A stretch of 64,000 bases of DNA from Pelagomonas calceolata (lineage: Eukaryota): the NCBI GenBank assembly GCA_918797485.1, contig CAKKNE010000005.1, positions 5,146,001-5,210,000 on the forward strand, in the 5' to 3' direction. The notes below the pieces were generated by a model that was given only the letters and a program-made list of their open reading frames with translations, did no database searches and was not told where the DNA came from. The position numbers were made by a program, and so were the translations under genes. Positions within the stretch are counted from its first letter, which is position 1. Every line of letters starts with the position of its first letter. Below are positions 49,719 to 59,292 of this stretch, piece after piece.

Positions 49719-50714
49719 ATGGCACCAAGACGGCGATTGGCATGGTGCATCCTGGTTGCCACCGCGGCGACGGCGATCCGCGCGCCGCGACGATCCGCGA
49801 CGGCCCTGGCCGTCCGCGGCGGCGCGACCGCGGCCACGGCGCGCGGCGCGCCCGCGCTGACGGTCCGCGGCGGCGCCACGAAGACCAAGACGAAGTCGAG
49901 CGCGTCGAAGGCGAAGAAAATGGACCCGACCGGCACGCCCGTCGTCGCGAAGCTGTTAAGGCCGGCGACGGCGCTCCAGGCGAAGTACGAGGCCATCGCG
50001 GCCGAGGACCCCATGCGCGGTTTATTAATTCAGGTCGGCGGGACGATGGTCACGATGAAACTCATAAGTAGGGTGCTGAAGAAGTCGGGCGACAAGCAGG
50101 CCGCGCTCGTGGGACGGATGTTGTATGTCGCGTACCTCGCGTTGCACCAATTAATCCTGAACTACGTCGAGTCGAGGATAGAAATTCTGGACGACGAGTC
50201 CGCACTCACCATCCCGGGCAACCCCATGCTCGCCCAGCTCGCGAAGCAGCAGAGCCAGGGCGGCGGCGAGGTCGCGCAGGCCCTCGTCGAGAAGCTCGCG
50301 TCGAAGGAGACGACGGTCAAGGCCTACGACCTCGACATGGTCTTGAAGGGGAGGCGGTCCCAGGTCGGCTCGCTCTGCGTCACGGCCTACCTCCACCTGA
50401 AGAAGGGCATGGTGCAGCCGCTCGTCGCGAACGTGATCATGGGCTTGGTGGCGCTGCTGCGGGACCCGCTCGTGCGCGTGCACGTGCTCGGCGAGGACGT
50501 CGAGCGGCCCTTCGCGCCGCCCCAGCCGGCGTGGCTCAAGGCCATGCAGGCGCAGCAGGCCGAGGCCGCCGCGAAGGCGGCCGAGGAGGGCGCCGGCGAC
50601 GGCGAGGAGGCGTCGGAGTCGGAGGAGGGCGACGACGACGAGGAGGATGAAGCGGAGGAGGAGGATATCGACGAGGAGGACGACGACGACGACGAGGAGG
50701 AGGACTCGGACTAA
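49719..50714 (+). CDS. PHO88/SND3-like membrane protein with acidic tail
   Basis: Motifs TTVKAYD, YLHLK.G.VQPL, P..RVH..G and ERPF. Confidence 0.75.
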   Translation: MAPRRRLAWCILVATAATAIRAPRRSATALAVRGGATAATARGAPALTVRGGATKTKTKSSASKAKKMDPTGTPVVAKLLRPATALQAKYEAIAAEDPMRGLLIQVGGTMVTMKLISRVLKKSGDKQAALVGRMLYVAYLALHQLILNYVESRIEILDDESALTIPGNPMLAQLAKQQSQGGGEVAQALVEKLASKETTVKAYDLDMVLKGRRSQVGSLCVTAYLHLKKGMVQPLVANVIMGLVALLRDPLVRVHVLGEDVERPFAPPQPAWLKAMQAQQAEAAAKAAEEGAGDGEEASESEEGDDDEEDEAEEEDIDEEDDDDDEEEDSD

Positions 50715-51025
50715 CTACATTGTGTGGAATTTTTGTCTCGCGCGTCGCGATGAGACTGGGCGTTTCGCTCCCGTTTTCTGTCTTAGCTGTGCAGAGCGGT
50801 TCTTCCCGGCTGCGGGAGGGCTTTTCTGGGAGACGTCAGATTTTGAACGGAACGCCGGCAATAGAGTTACACGCTCAAGCATCCCGCTACCTTAGCGTCT
50901 CTCGACAGCAGCACTCGCCAGAGAGGTACAGTCAGCCCAGAGAACCACCCTGCGAAGCGGCGGCAGAGATATCGATCTCTAAGTGCCCAAACAAAAAGTC
51001 TCTGCCAAGAAGACACACAAGAATA

Positions 51026-51229
51026 ATGCGGTTCTTCACGCTCTTCAGCCTCATTGCTTGCGCCGCCGCCAGCGCCTCGAACGCGGCGGCGGCGGGAGCT
51101 GGCCACTGGTCTGCCCTACGCAAGCCGGTCGCCGGCGGGACACCGGCCGAGCGCCGGGAACGTGTGCGCGGCCAAGCGCGAGCGCTGCTGGTCAATTTGC
51201 TAACGCCGCGGTTCCCCGAGATTCCGTAA
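51026..51229 (+). CDS. Small putative secreted peptide (67 aa)
   Basis: MRFFTLFSLIACAAASA signal peptide. Confidence 0.45.
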   Translation: MRFFTLFSLIACAAASASNAAAAGAGHWSALRKPVAGGTPAERRERVRGQARALLVNLLTPRFPEIP

Positions 51230-51646
51230 GCGCCGCGCCACCGCATGGCGCCACCGTTGCCTCTCTATTGCCAAGCTCGGCGCGCAGCAGCCGCCGACTT
51301 CGCGAGCACGAAGGGAGATATGTCTAAGAGTTTGAGTGAATGATCTACGGACGGCTCGCTTCCTTTCCTGACGACGCAGAGGGAGAGCGCTTCTTCGCCT
51401 CCCCGAAACCCGCAACTTGACATCGATGCTTGCTTGAGCCAGCCTAAACGCGGCATAAAAACCACACACGCGTGCAGTGAAAGTGATCGCTGCATCATTC
51501 ATTGATAGACTGACGACTGCACGACCGAGGCACACCGCACAGAGCATTGAAGCACAAGCACTGCAAACAAGCACTGCAAGCACAAGCACACGGCACAGCG
51601 ACGCCGATCGAAGCCGCACAAGCACTGCAAACCAAGCACCGCAAAC

Positions 51647-52574
51647 ATGCCGGCGAAAGTCAACCCGCTCACCCTCGAGAAGTGGACGCCGTCCGACGAC
51701 GAAACGTTGCAGAGCGTCATGGCCGGCAAGCTCCCGGACGTCTTTCGCGGGAGCCAGCCGAAGCCGCAGCCCGTGCCGACGCCGGCGGCCCAGTGGACGG
51801 CCATGGCGGCCCACATCTCGGCGATCTTAGATCAGACGCAGGATAAACGAAGATTCATCCTGCACTACCCGCAGCAGGCGCCCTTCCAGGTCGCCGTCAT
51901 GTTCGACATCGCCGAGCCCGTCAAAAAGTGCCCCGCCGGCGTCGGCGACGAGGGCGCGCCGCTGCTGGTCGCGCGCTACCGCAAGCACGACCCGGGCTGG
52001 GCCCCGGACGAGGCCAAGGAGGCCGTCGTCGACTTTTATAAGCGGCAGCGCGACGGGTTCATTCGCGAGGAGGCGGCCGTCGTGCAGCCCGGGGAGTCGA
52101 TCGTGGGCTTGGAGGCGCCCTCCAAAGAATGCGTCGAGGAGTGCCTGCGACGGTTCGAGGCGAACGCGGAGTTGCTGGACTCGAGTTTTACGGACCGCTT
52201 CAGCGACTCGCCGGCGCGACGCCGTGTCGTTGATTTATCGCGTCGATGGGAGAGTCGCGCTGATCGCCGCCGCGCAGGTCAAGCCGACGTTCATTGCCGC
52301 CAGAGCCGTCGATCTGTCGAAGTTAGGTAATGGCGCCTACGTGGAGCTGAAGGACATGAAGACGGCCGGGTACGACGGGATCCGGGGCCTCATTCTAGCA
52401 AGGGCCGAGAACCACCCGGACCGGTGGGCCGTCGCGCCGATCCACAAAAAACATAAGAAGACCGTCGCGGCGCTCAAGCACGAGCGGCCCCTCGCGATCA
52501 AGGACTCTTCTTTAGTTGTGGTGGACGCGTCGGAGGACGAGGACTCGGAGGACGACGTCGAGGACGCGGACTAG
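51647..52574 (+). CDS. Hypothetical protein; predicted GC-AG intron ~52214-52277
   Basis: Two coding frames are joined at the cgcgcAG|GTC acceptor. The donor is uncertain. Confidence 0.65.
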
Positions 52575-52581
52575 GGCGTAA

Positions 52582-53409
52582 TTAACCACCTTTCCTAAGG
52601 TCCACGACCTCGACCTCCACCAACAAGCCCTCGTCGAAGCGCCGCGCGAGCCGCCGCTTCGCCCCGAAGTTCCGCGGCTGCGGCAGGAGCACGTCCTCGA
52701 TGCACGCGTCGTTGTCCACGATCTCGGCCAGCGGGACGACGGCCTGGCCCAAGACGTCCAACCCGCCCGCCGACGCGTCGCCCGCGTTGCTGGCGCCGTT
52801 CGTCGCCGCCGAGCACGACGCGTTGATTTTTTTCCACCCTTTCTCCGGCACCACAAATAACCTCCGAGAACCTCCTTTGCGCATGCCCACCAGGGCCGAA
52901 TCCAGCGCGGGGATGAGCTGCTTCGCGCCGACAACGGCCTGCAGGACGTCCTTCTCCGTGTCGTCGTCCTCGCCATAGCCCAGCGAGAAGACGGGCGACG
53001 CCTCGCCCGACAAGTTGTCCGTCGCGCGCTTGCCTAGCCGCATGACCCTATATTTCAACAGGACGCCGTCGCCCCGGCCGACCTCTCCACCAGAACCCTC
53101 GCGCACGTCGCGCCAGCGCACGCCGTCTTTGGTCGTAAAAAAGGGTTGATCGTTTTGGGCATCAAACGCGGCCGCGGCGCGCTGCCTCCCCACCTCCTCG
53201 CACTCGTCGATCGTCTTACAGGTGCGCTTCTCTCCTCTTGAAGCCTTGGGCGGCGGTGCGCTGCCCTTGACCAGGGCATTCGCAAGGGTCGGCGCGAGCG
53301 CCGTCGAGCAAGTGGCGAGCCCTCCAATCAGTTGGCGGCGCCTCGCAAGACGCTGCGGGGCGAGGGCCGACGCGGCGACTGCGTAGGCTAAAAAGCGAAT
53401 TTTGCGCAT
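52582..53409 (-). CDS. FKBP-type peptidyl-prolyl isomerase, probable thylakoid lumen
   Basis: Signal peptide, twin-arginine RRRQL...ANA motif, GVRWRDVREGSG, LVGMRKGGSRR and LLVEVEV. Confidence 0.88.
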   Translation of the reverse strand: MRKIRFLAYAVAASALAPQRLARRRQLIGGLATCSTALAPTLANALVKGSAPPPKASRGEKRTCKTIDECEEVGRQRAAAAFDAQNDQPFFTTKDGVRWRDVREGSGGEVGRGDGVLLKYRVMRLGKRATDNLSGEASPVFSLGYGEDDDTEKDVLQAVVGAKQLIPALDSALVGMRKGGSRRLFVVPEKGWKKINASCSAATNGASNAGDASAGGLDVLGQAVVPLAEIVDNDACIEDVLLPQPRNFGAKRRLARRFDEGLLVEVEVVDLRKGG

Positions 53410-54103
53410 TGCTGCTGTTGCGTGCTTGCGATCTAGACTGTCCGAGCTGGCGGACCACGCCCGTCGGCTCGACCGGTGAAGTTGATGCGATGCTGCTCTC
53501 TGAGTCTGAGTGCCACTTGGTGAAGCTGCGCGGCCCGCCTCGCAGCAGCGATTGCGTGTCGCGTTTGTCGTAGCCTCGGGCCTTCGTGTGCAGCTGCGCA
53601 GCCCTCGGATTGGGCTCTGTGGCTGATTTTAACAATTGTTAAGCCTCGGTGAAACCCGTTTTGTTTTGATTTTAGGTTTTCGGACGCCGCTCTCTCTCCG
53701 ACGCGCCGCTCACACCAAACTCATGGTTATCTGCGTCTAAGAAGCGCCCTGGCCCAGATGCTGGACAGGTTGCGACACGTTTGTACAGGGCCCGTGGGGC
53801 CGCCGCCGACCGTCCGGAACTACACTGCAGCAAGCTCGGGTACAAAAAACACCCAAGTTAAGTGGGAGTTGCACTCCCATACGTCTCGGCAATCCCGCCA
53901 CTCCTCTGAAGAACAGCCGGGTGAAGCCCCCACCGACGACTGCTGTCACTCGTCCCGTCCGGTAGGCCGCCAAATAAAGAGAACCGCCGTTTTTATCTAA
54001 AGACAGGGGTCTAGGGAGGGGCATCGGACGCCGCACCACTCGGGCGGCGTCCGGTGCCCCCTCACACGCCCGAACAAGAGCCGCCACCGGGGGCGATCGT
54101 AGG

Positions 54104-54310
54104 TCGCCGATTAAACTAACAAGCCGCGTCCTAGAGAGCCCGCCGGTTAGTATAAAGAAGAGCCGCGCGCGTCCTAGAGTACCCGCCGTTTAATCTAGAA
54201 ACCGCGCTCTAGATCACCGCCGTTTAATCTAGAAACCGCGCTCTAGATCGCCGCCGTTTAATCTACAAAGCCGCGCGTCCTAAAGCCGCCGTTTAATATA
54301 CAAAGCCGCG
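54104..54310. repeat. About six tandem 34-43-bp repeats just downstream of the cyclin gene stop
   Basis: Consensus ccgccgtttaatctaSaaaccgcg..ctaga; a further degenerate copy lies near 53984. Confidence 0.88.
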
Positions 54311-54319
54311 TACTGGTAT

Positions 54320-57300
54320 CTAGGAGCGGCGGCGCGAACGCTCGCGCTCGCGCGACCGCGACCGCTCGCGGCGCGGCCCGCCATCCCGCCGGTCGGGCAG
54401 TTGCCGCCGGCCCGTGTGGTTGCCGCCGCCGTCGGGCGGGCCGGGGTAGCCGTTGCCGCCGCGTGCGCGCATCTCCTCCTCCTCGCGGTTCCGCCGCTCG
54501 TTCGTGCGGTGCTCGGGCAGCACCGACGGGTGGTAGCCCGGCCGCCGCGGCCCCTGACAATCTCGAACGTGGTGCTGGCCGCCGCAGTTGAAGCACTGGC
54601 CGACGAAGCCGCCGCCGAAGCCCGCGCGGCCGCGCGGCGGCGGCGGGCCGCGCGGGAACGCGCCGCGCGGCGGTCCCCCCTGCCAGCCGCCGTTCTGCGG
54701 CGGATAGGCGCCGCGCGCGCCCGGGGGCGGTCCCTGGTGCCCAAAGGGCGGACCGCGGCCCGGGTGTGGCCCGCGCGGCCCCGCGCCGTAGCCGTACCCC
54801 CGCGGCGGGGGTGCACCGTAGCCCCCCGACGGCTGCCGATCGCCGTAGCCCCCGGAACGCTGCGGCGGCGGCGCCCCCCGGCCGCCGCCCTCGGGTCTCA
54901 CGAAGTGCGCGATCGGGCCCGTGTCGTTGCGCGTCGGCTCGTAGGTCACGCGCACGCCCACGGCCAGCTCGTTGCCCGCGGCACCCCGCGTCATGTAGTA
55001 AATGTCCGGCCCGCCGCCGTCGGGCGCGATGTAGCCGCGCGTATACCGCTTCTCGCCGTAGGCCAGGCCCCCGTCGCGCGTGCGATCGCTGTGCTCGCGC
55101 CGCTCGAGCGTCTTGATGACGCCGGCGACGCGCCGCGGGTCCGCGCCGGGGACGGGGTCGCTCGGCAGGCGCTGCATGCGGCCCGCGTCGCTCGTGAGGC
55201 GCTCGAGCAGCGGCCGCTGTTGACCGTTCGACGGCTTGGGCGGCTGCGCCGGCCGCGGCCCCGGAAGACTCTTTTTCGGGGGCGGCTTTGCCAGTAACGC
55301 GCTGTCGCCGCGCGGCGGGCCCCAGGCCGGGGCCTTCTCCGGCGGCGCGGGCCCCGGGTCGGTCGGCGGCGGCGGCGGCGCGTGGACGTAGACGTCGTAG
55401 GGCGGTCGCCGCTTATGCGCGTCCCGCAGCGCCTTGGCGAGGCGCGCCGTCGCTTTTTGCACATCCGATCTAGCTCGAGTCCCGAGCTTTAGCGCGTCGA
55501 CGATGGACCGCGGCCAGGCGCAGTACAGCGCGGGCCGGAACGATTTCGGGTTCTCGTCATCATCAGGCTCGGCGCAGCAGTGCACGAGACAAGCACCGAG
55601 TCGAAAGGCCGCCGGCGCCTTATGATAATCATCTAATCTTTCACTTTTTGTGCCAAAGTGTTTCGGCCCGAAGGGGAAGGCTAGCCTCAAATCCGCGACC
55701 GGCGTCCTTCCATTATCCGGACACGCTCGATACAGCTCCGCATCGTCACTGATAAACACGTGGCAGACGCAGTCGTCCAACGCGTGGTCCCGCTGCTGCT
55801 TGAGGCGCACCTCCTCCTTGGCTATTTCTGCTTCCGGCGCGGACCGCGCGCGCGCCGCCGCGACGGCGGCCTTGGCCTCCGCTATTCTTCCAGCCTGATC
55901 TAAACATTTTTTCACGTATCTTTTCAGATCTAAAGCACCTAAGCGATGGTGCGTCGCCTCGGCGGCGCGTCTCGCTGCTCCACAGGACGCAGCTCTCTTC
56001 TCCCAGGGGTTCGCGTCGTCCGCACTTTCGCGTTTCTTCGTCTCGGCTTCCGAGAAGTGGCGCAGAAATTCCCGGTCCGTCTTCTCGACCTCGGCCTTGC
56101 ATCCTAAAATGCGCGCTTTCGACGCCTTGGGGTCCTCCTTCAAAGCCTTGCCGACCTTCGCGGCGGCCGCGTCGAGGAACCCCTCGATGAGCTTGAGGCC
56201 GGGGTCCTTCAGCATGCGGTTCACAATTAACGACGTCGCGACACACAACGCGATGGGGTCCTGCGACGCACTTACACCAGAAAAGAGGAAACTGTGGGCG
56301 GCTTCCATGAACAATCGAGTGCGCTCCATCAACGACTGCGACATCACTAAACGTTCATCGCCTAACCGCGGCGGCGCCGCGGCGTTGCCGTGGCCCGCGA
56401 AGCTCCGGAACTGGTCGTCGGGCAGCACCTTCTCGAAAAAAGTACTGAGCACGTCGGCCGCGTGCTCGAGCCGCACGTCGTACGACACTAACCTCAAAAC
56501 GCGCTGCTCCGCACTTAGGACAGCGTCGCGCCAGGGCGCCGCTTGGGGCCACCTCCTGACAGACATGGAGTTCTGGGGCCGCGACCGCGCGAACTCCAGG
56601 ACGTGCGTCAGGCGCGCCGGCGTGTCGCAGGCCTTGCCTCCTAAATGGACGCAGGCCAAAGCTAATGCAGCGAGCTCGTCCGAGGGTAAAGCTTGTGCGA
56701 CACTTTCAGCGACCATGCCCGGCCTATTCACAAAGCGCGTCCAGCACGGCGGCTTCGACGACTCCGGTTCGCTCGAGGCGTGCTGCAGTAAGTGGTGGAG
56801 GAAGAAGAGCGCGGCGCCCTGCGACTTCAGGGGCCACTGCAGCGACGAGCAGACGTCCCTTACTAATCTACAAGCATCAAACAAGGCCGCGCGGCCCGCG
56901 GGGACGGCGTCCTTCGACGGCGGCGCCTCGTCGGACCGCGGCGGCGACCGCGGCGCGCCTTGAGAGCCCAGGCCCCGGCCCCAGCCCGCGTCCGGCAACG
57001 GAGGTAGAGGTAAGGGCGGCGCCGCGCCCTTGGCTTGATCTCCCATGAGGTCGGGCGGCAGCGCGATGACCGGGGCCGCCGGCTCGGCCAGCCTCAAACG
57101 CTTCGCGGGGCGCTCCTCTTCCCTTTTAACCGGGTCCAGGAGCGGCTCCTTGTCCCGCGGCTTTATGAGGGTTTGTAAGGCTCGGCCCGTGGCCTTCAGT
57201 CTATCAGATCTTTTAAAGCACGCGAACTTCCGCCGCCACGCCTGTAAAATCTTCAGGCTGTTCTCGGCCGTCTTCACGAGGTGCTCGGCGATGGGCGCGC

Positions 57301-57670
57301 GGCTGCCGCGCGCTTTGATTAACGTGCGAGGGACGTGTTCCGTGCACTTTTCGGCCAACGTTTCGATCTGCGAGCAGAGCTTACCCGAGGCCTTGCCGAT
57401 CGCATCAATCTGCATGAGGCACTCGTGCATGGCGTACAAGCACTGCTCCTTCACTTGCTCCGACGACGGCTGGCCCTCCTCGCTCTTTATTCGTCTGGTG
57501 AGCGCGTGGAGCAAGTCCATGCCGACGCGCTGGCCGCTCAGCTCCGCCGCGCGCGCCGTCGCGACGCGCACGACCTCGTGGATGGCGCGCTTCGAGAGGC
57601 CGAGCTGCTTGACGGCGTCGTCCAAACTCTCGGTCTTTGGCTTCTTCTTCTTGTCGTCGGCGGCGGCCAT
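54320..57670 (-). CDS. Transcriptional-cyclin-like fusion: CID-like, cyclin box, cold-shock domain, CCHC knuckle, RS tail
   Basis: Cyclin: ACVHLGGKACDTPARL, AEQRVLRLVSYDV. CSD: RGYIAPDGGGPDIYY...VGVRVTYE..GPIA..V. Knuckle: CFNCGGQHHVRDC. CID-like: CLYAMHECL, KILQAW. Confidence 0.8.
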   Translation of the reverse strand: MAAADDKKKKPKTESLDDAVKQLGLSKRAIHEVVRVATARAAELSGQRVGMDLLHALTRRIKSEEGQPSSEQVKEQCLYAMHECLMQIDAIGKASGKLCSQIETLAEKCTEHVPRTLIKARGSRAPIAEHLVKTAENSLKILQAWRRKFACFKRSDRLKATGRALQTLIKPRDKEPLLDPVKREEERPAKRLRLAEPAAPVIALPPDLMGDQAKGAAPPLPLPPLPDAGWGRGLGSQGAPRSPPRSDEAPPSKDAVPAGRAALFDACRLVRDVCSSLQWPLKSQGAALFFLHHLLQHASSEPESSKPPCWTRFVNRPGMVAESVAQALPSDELAALALACVHLGGKACDTPARLTHVLEFARSRPQNSMSVRRWPQAAPWRDAVLSAEQRVLRLVSYDVRLEHAADVLSTFFEKVLPDDQFRSFAGHGNAAAPPRLGDERLVMSQSLMERTRLFMEAAHSFLFSGVSASQDPIALCVATSLIVNRMLKDPGLKLIEGFLDAAAAKVGKALKEDPKASKARILGCKAEVEKTDREFLRHFSEAETKKRESADDANPWEKRAASCGAARRAAEATHHRLGALDLKRYVKKCLDQAGRIAEAKAAVAAARARSAPEAEIAKEEVRLKQQRDHALDDCVCHVFISDDAELYRACPDNGRTPVADLRLAFPFGPKHFGTKSERLDDYHKAPAAFRLGACLVHCCAEPDDDENPKSFRPALYCAWPRSIVDALKLGTRARSDVQKATARLAKALRDAHKRRPPYDVYVHAPPPPPTDPGPAPPEKAPAWGPPRGDSALLAKPPPKKSLPGPRPAQPPKPSNGQQRPLLERLTSDAGRMQRLPSDPVPGADPRRVAGVIKTLERREHSDRTRDGGLAYGEKRYTRGYIAPDGGGPDIYYMTRGAAGNELAVGVRVTYEPTRNDTGPIAHFVRPEGGGRGAPPPQRSGGYGDRQPSGGYGAPPPRGYGYGAGPRGPHPGRGPPFGHQGPPPGARGAYPPQNGGWQGGPPRGAFPRGPPPPRGRAGFGGGFVGQCFNCGGQHHVRDCQGPRRPGYHPSVLPEHRTNERRNREEEEMRARGGNGYPGPPDGGGNHTGRRQLPDRRDGGPRRERSRSRERERSRRRS

Positions 57671-57704
57671 CGTCTCGTTTTTCGACGAATGCGCTTCGCG
57701 GCGC

Positions 57705-57773
57705 TAATTTCTGACCGATGCGCGCGGGCGGCGGCGCGTTAATTTCTGACCGATGCGCGCGGGCGGCGGCGCG
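57705..57773. repeat. 35-bp tandem duplication in the 5' region of the cyclin gene
   Basis: taatttctgaccgatgcgcgcgggcggcggcgcg occurs at 57705 and 57740. Confidence 0.9.
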
Positions 57774-58140
57774 CCGCGGCCTTCTGGGGGCAGCGGTCGC
57801 GCGCGCGCGGCGTTTGAGCGGGCGTCGCCGGCTTGTGACCAGGGGCGCAAATGCCGCACCGTGTCGCAGCCCTGCTGGTTTTGCGTCGCAGCAGCAGCGT
57901 TCAGAGTCCAGATGAAATATATGGCGCGCCTCTAGCGGGACGCTACGCGCGTGGCGATGCGCAAAAACCAAGCAGCCGGTGAAATCCTAGTATGCATCGC
58001 GCTAACAAACCTGCTCGGAGGCAGCAAAAAGACGGCAAAGCGGTCGCTATAAGGCAACATCCACGCTCGATCGACGCCTGACACGTCCGCAGCGGGCAGC
58101 CCTTTCACGTCCGGCAGCACGCCATGTCCATGCAGTGGAA

Positions 58141-58945
58141 ATGAGTGCCGCACTCGGAGCCGCCGTCGACGAGCCCGCGACGCCGCCGCCGCCGGGTATG
58201 CCAGCGGGAGAGGAAGAGACCCAAGCAGCGCCACGGCCGAAACCGTACGCGGATGCCAAGGGCGTGTTCGCGAAGCTGATCAAACTGCTGCCCCTCGCCA
58301 CCGACGACGAGGTGGCGACCTTCGAGCGACGCGCCCGTCGGTTCACGCGTAGGCTCGGGCCGCTGTCGCTCGGGCGGCTCGTCGACGACCGGCAGCGGCC
58401 GATCCTGTGGTACGCGTGCGATCACTGTGTGGAAATCAAAATTTTAAGACGTGCGTCGTCCTCCACGCCATCGACGCGACGCCTGCTCGATGGCGTGGCG
58501 ATGCCGGTTCCTCGCCGCTCGACCGAGCCAGGTCGGGTGCACCCGACACACTGGTTGATTTCCACACAGGTGCGACAGCGGCGACCACGCCGCGCTGGAG
58601 ATACTGCTCGACCAGGGCTGCGCGCTGTCGGCGTTCGTGCCGACTGAAGAGGGACCGTCGCCCTACGAGCACGCGCATCGGTTGGGCCACGCGCTGTGTG
58701 GAAATCAACCAGTGCGTCGGGTGCGATTCAGCACGAACGCGCCGTAAAATTTTGATTTCCACACAGGCCACGCGCGAATCGCGGAAACGCTCAAGGGCTG
58801 GGCGCATCGAGAACTGGCGGACGTCATGGACGACGGGCCCGCGGCGCAACGCGCGCGGCACGAGGAGGCGAGAGCTCTTCTGCGCCGGCCGAAGCGCCGC
58901 GACGACTCGCTCGCGGCGGTGTGCGGGGGCGGGTGGGCATGTTAA
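58141..58945 (+). CDS. Ankyrin-repeat protein; exons 58141-58415, 58570-58685 and 58767-58945
   Basis: Splicing restores PILWYACDSGDHAALEILLDQG and SPYEHAHRLGHARIAETL ankyrin repeats, ending at TAA 58943-58945. Confidence 0.85.
58425..58569 (+). mobile_element. Introner element (MITE-like), intron 58416-58569
   Basis: TIR CTGTGTGGAAATCAA/TTGATTTCCACACAG; flanking repeat gtgcga(t)ca/gtgcgaca; internal hairpin. Confidence 0.9.
58694..58766 (-). mobile_element. Introner element of the same family in opposite orientation, intron 58686-58766
   Basis: Same 15-bp TIR and a perfect 8-bp TSD gccacgcg; subterminal sequences are swapped relative to the first copy. Confidence 0.92.
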
Positions 58946-59292
58946 GTTTGTGTTTTGTTATTTTCTGGTGTCTACGGATGGCGCGGGCGCCTCTGCCTCG
59001 GGCGGCGCGGTGCCGACACGGCTCCTCGCGCGCGCGGTCACGTCGGCGCCGAGGGAGGCGAGGTAGGCGAGTCTAAGGCGACGGTGAGGGCCAGGACGAC
59101 TGCGACGAGCACCTCGTGTGCGAGTCGCTCCTGGAGTAGGTGGAATCAACAACAGCGACAACTAGTATTCAAAACACGAAATATATTTACAGATATGGAA
59201 AGTAGAGGAGTGTATGTGCATATCAGTGTGTACAGAACTTGTCAGAAGTGGGCTGCCGCGGCAGAGCTGCTGAGTTATATCGTGGAAGGCGT

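Noticed and set aside
53640..54060. Telomerase, RNase P/MRP or SRP RNA
   Set aside because: I found no convincing template or conserved-region motifs; kept only as an unclassified structured region.
54104..54310. CRISPR-like array
   Set aside because: There are no unique spacers and no cas genes, and the context is eukaryotic.
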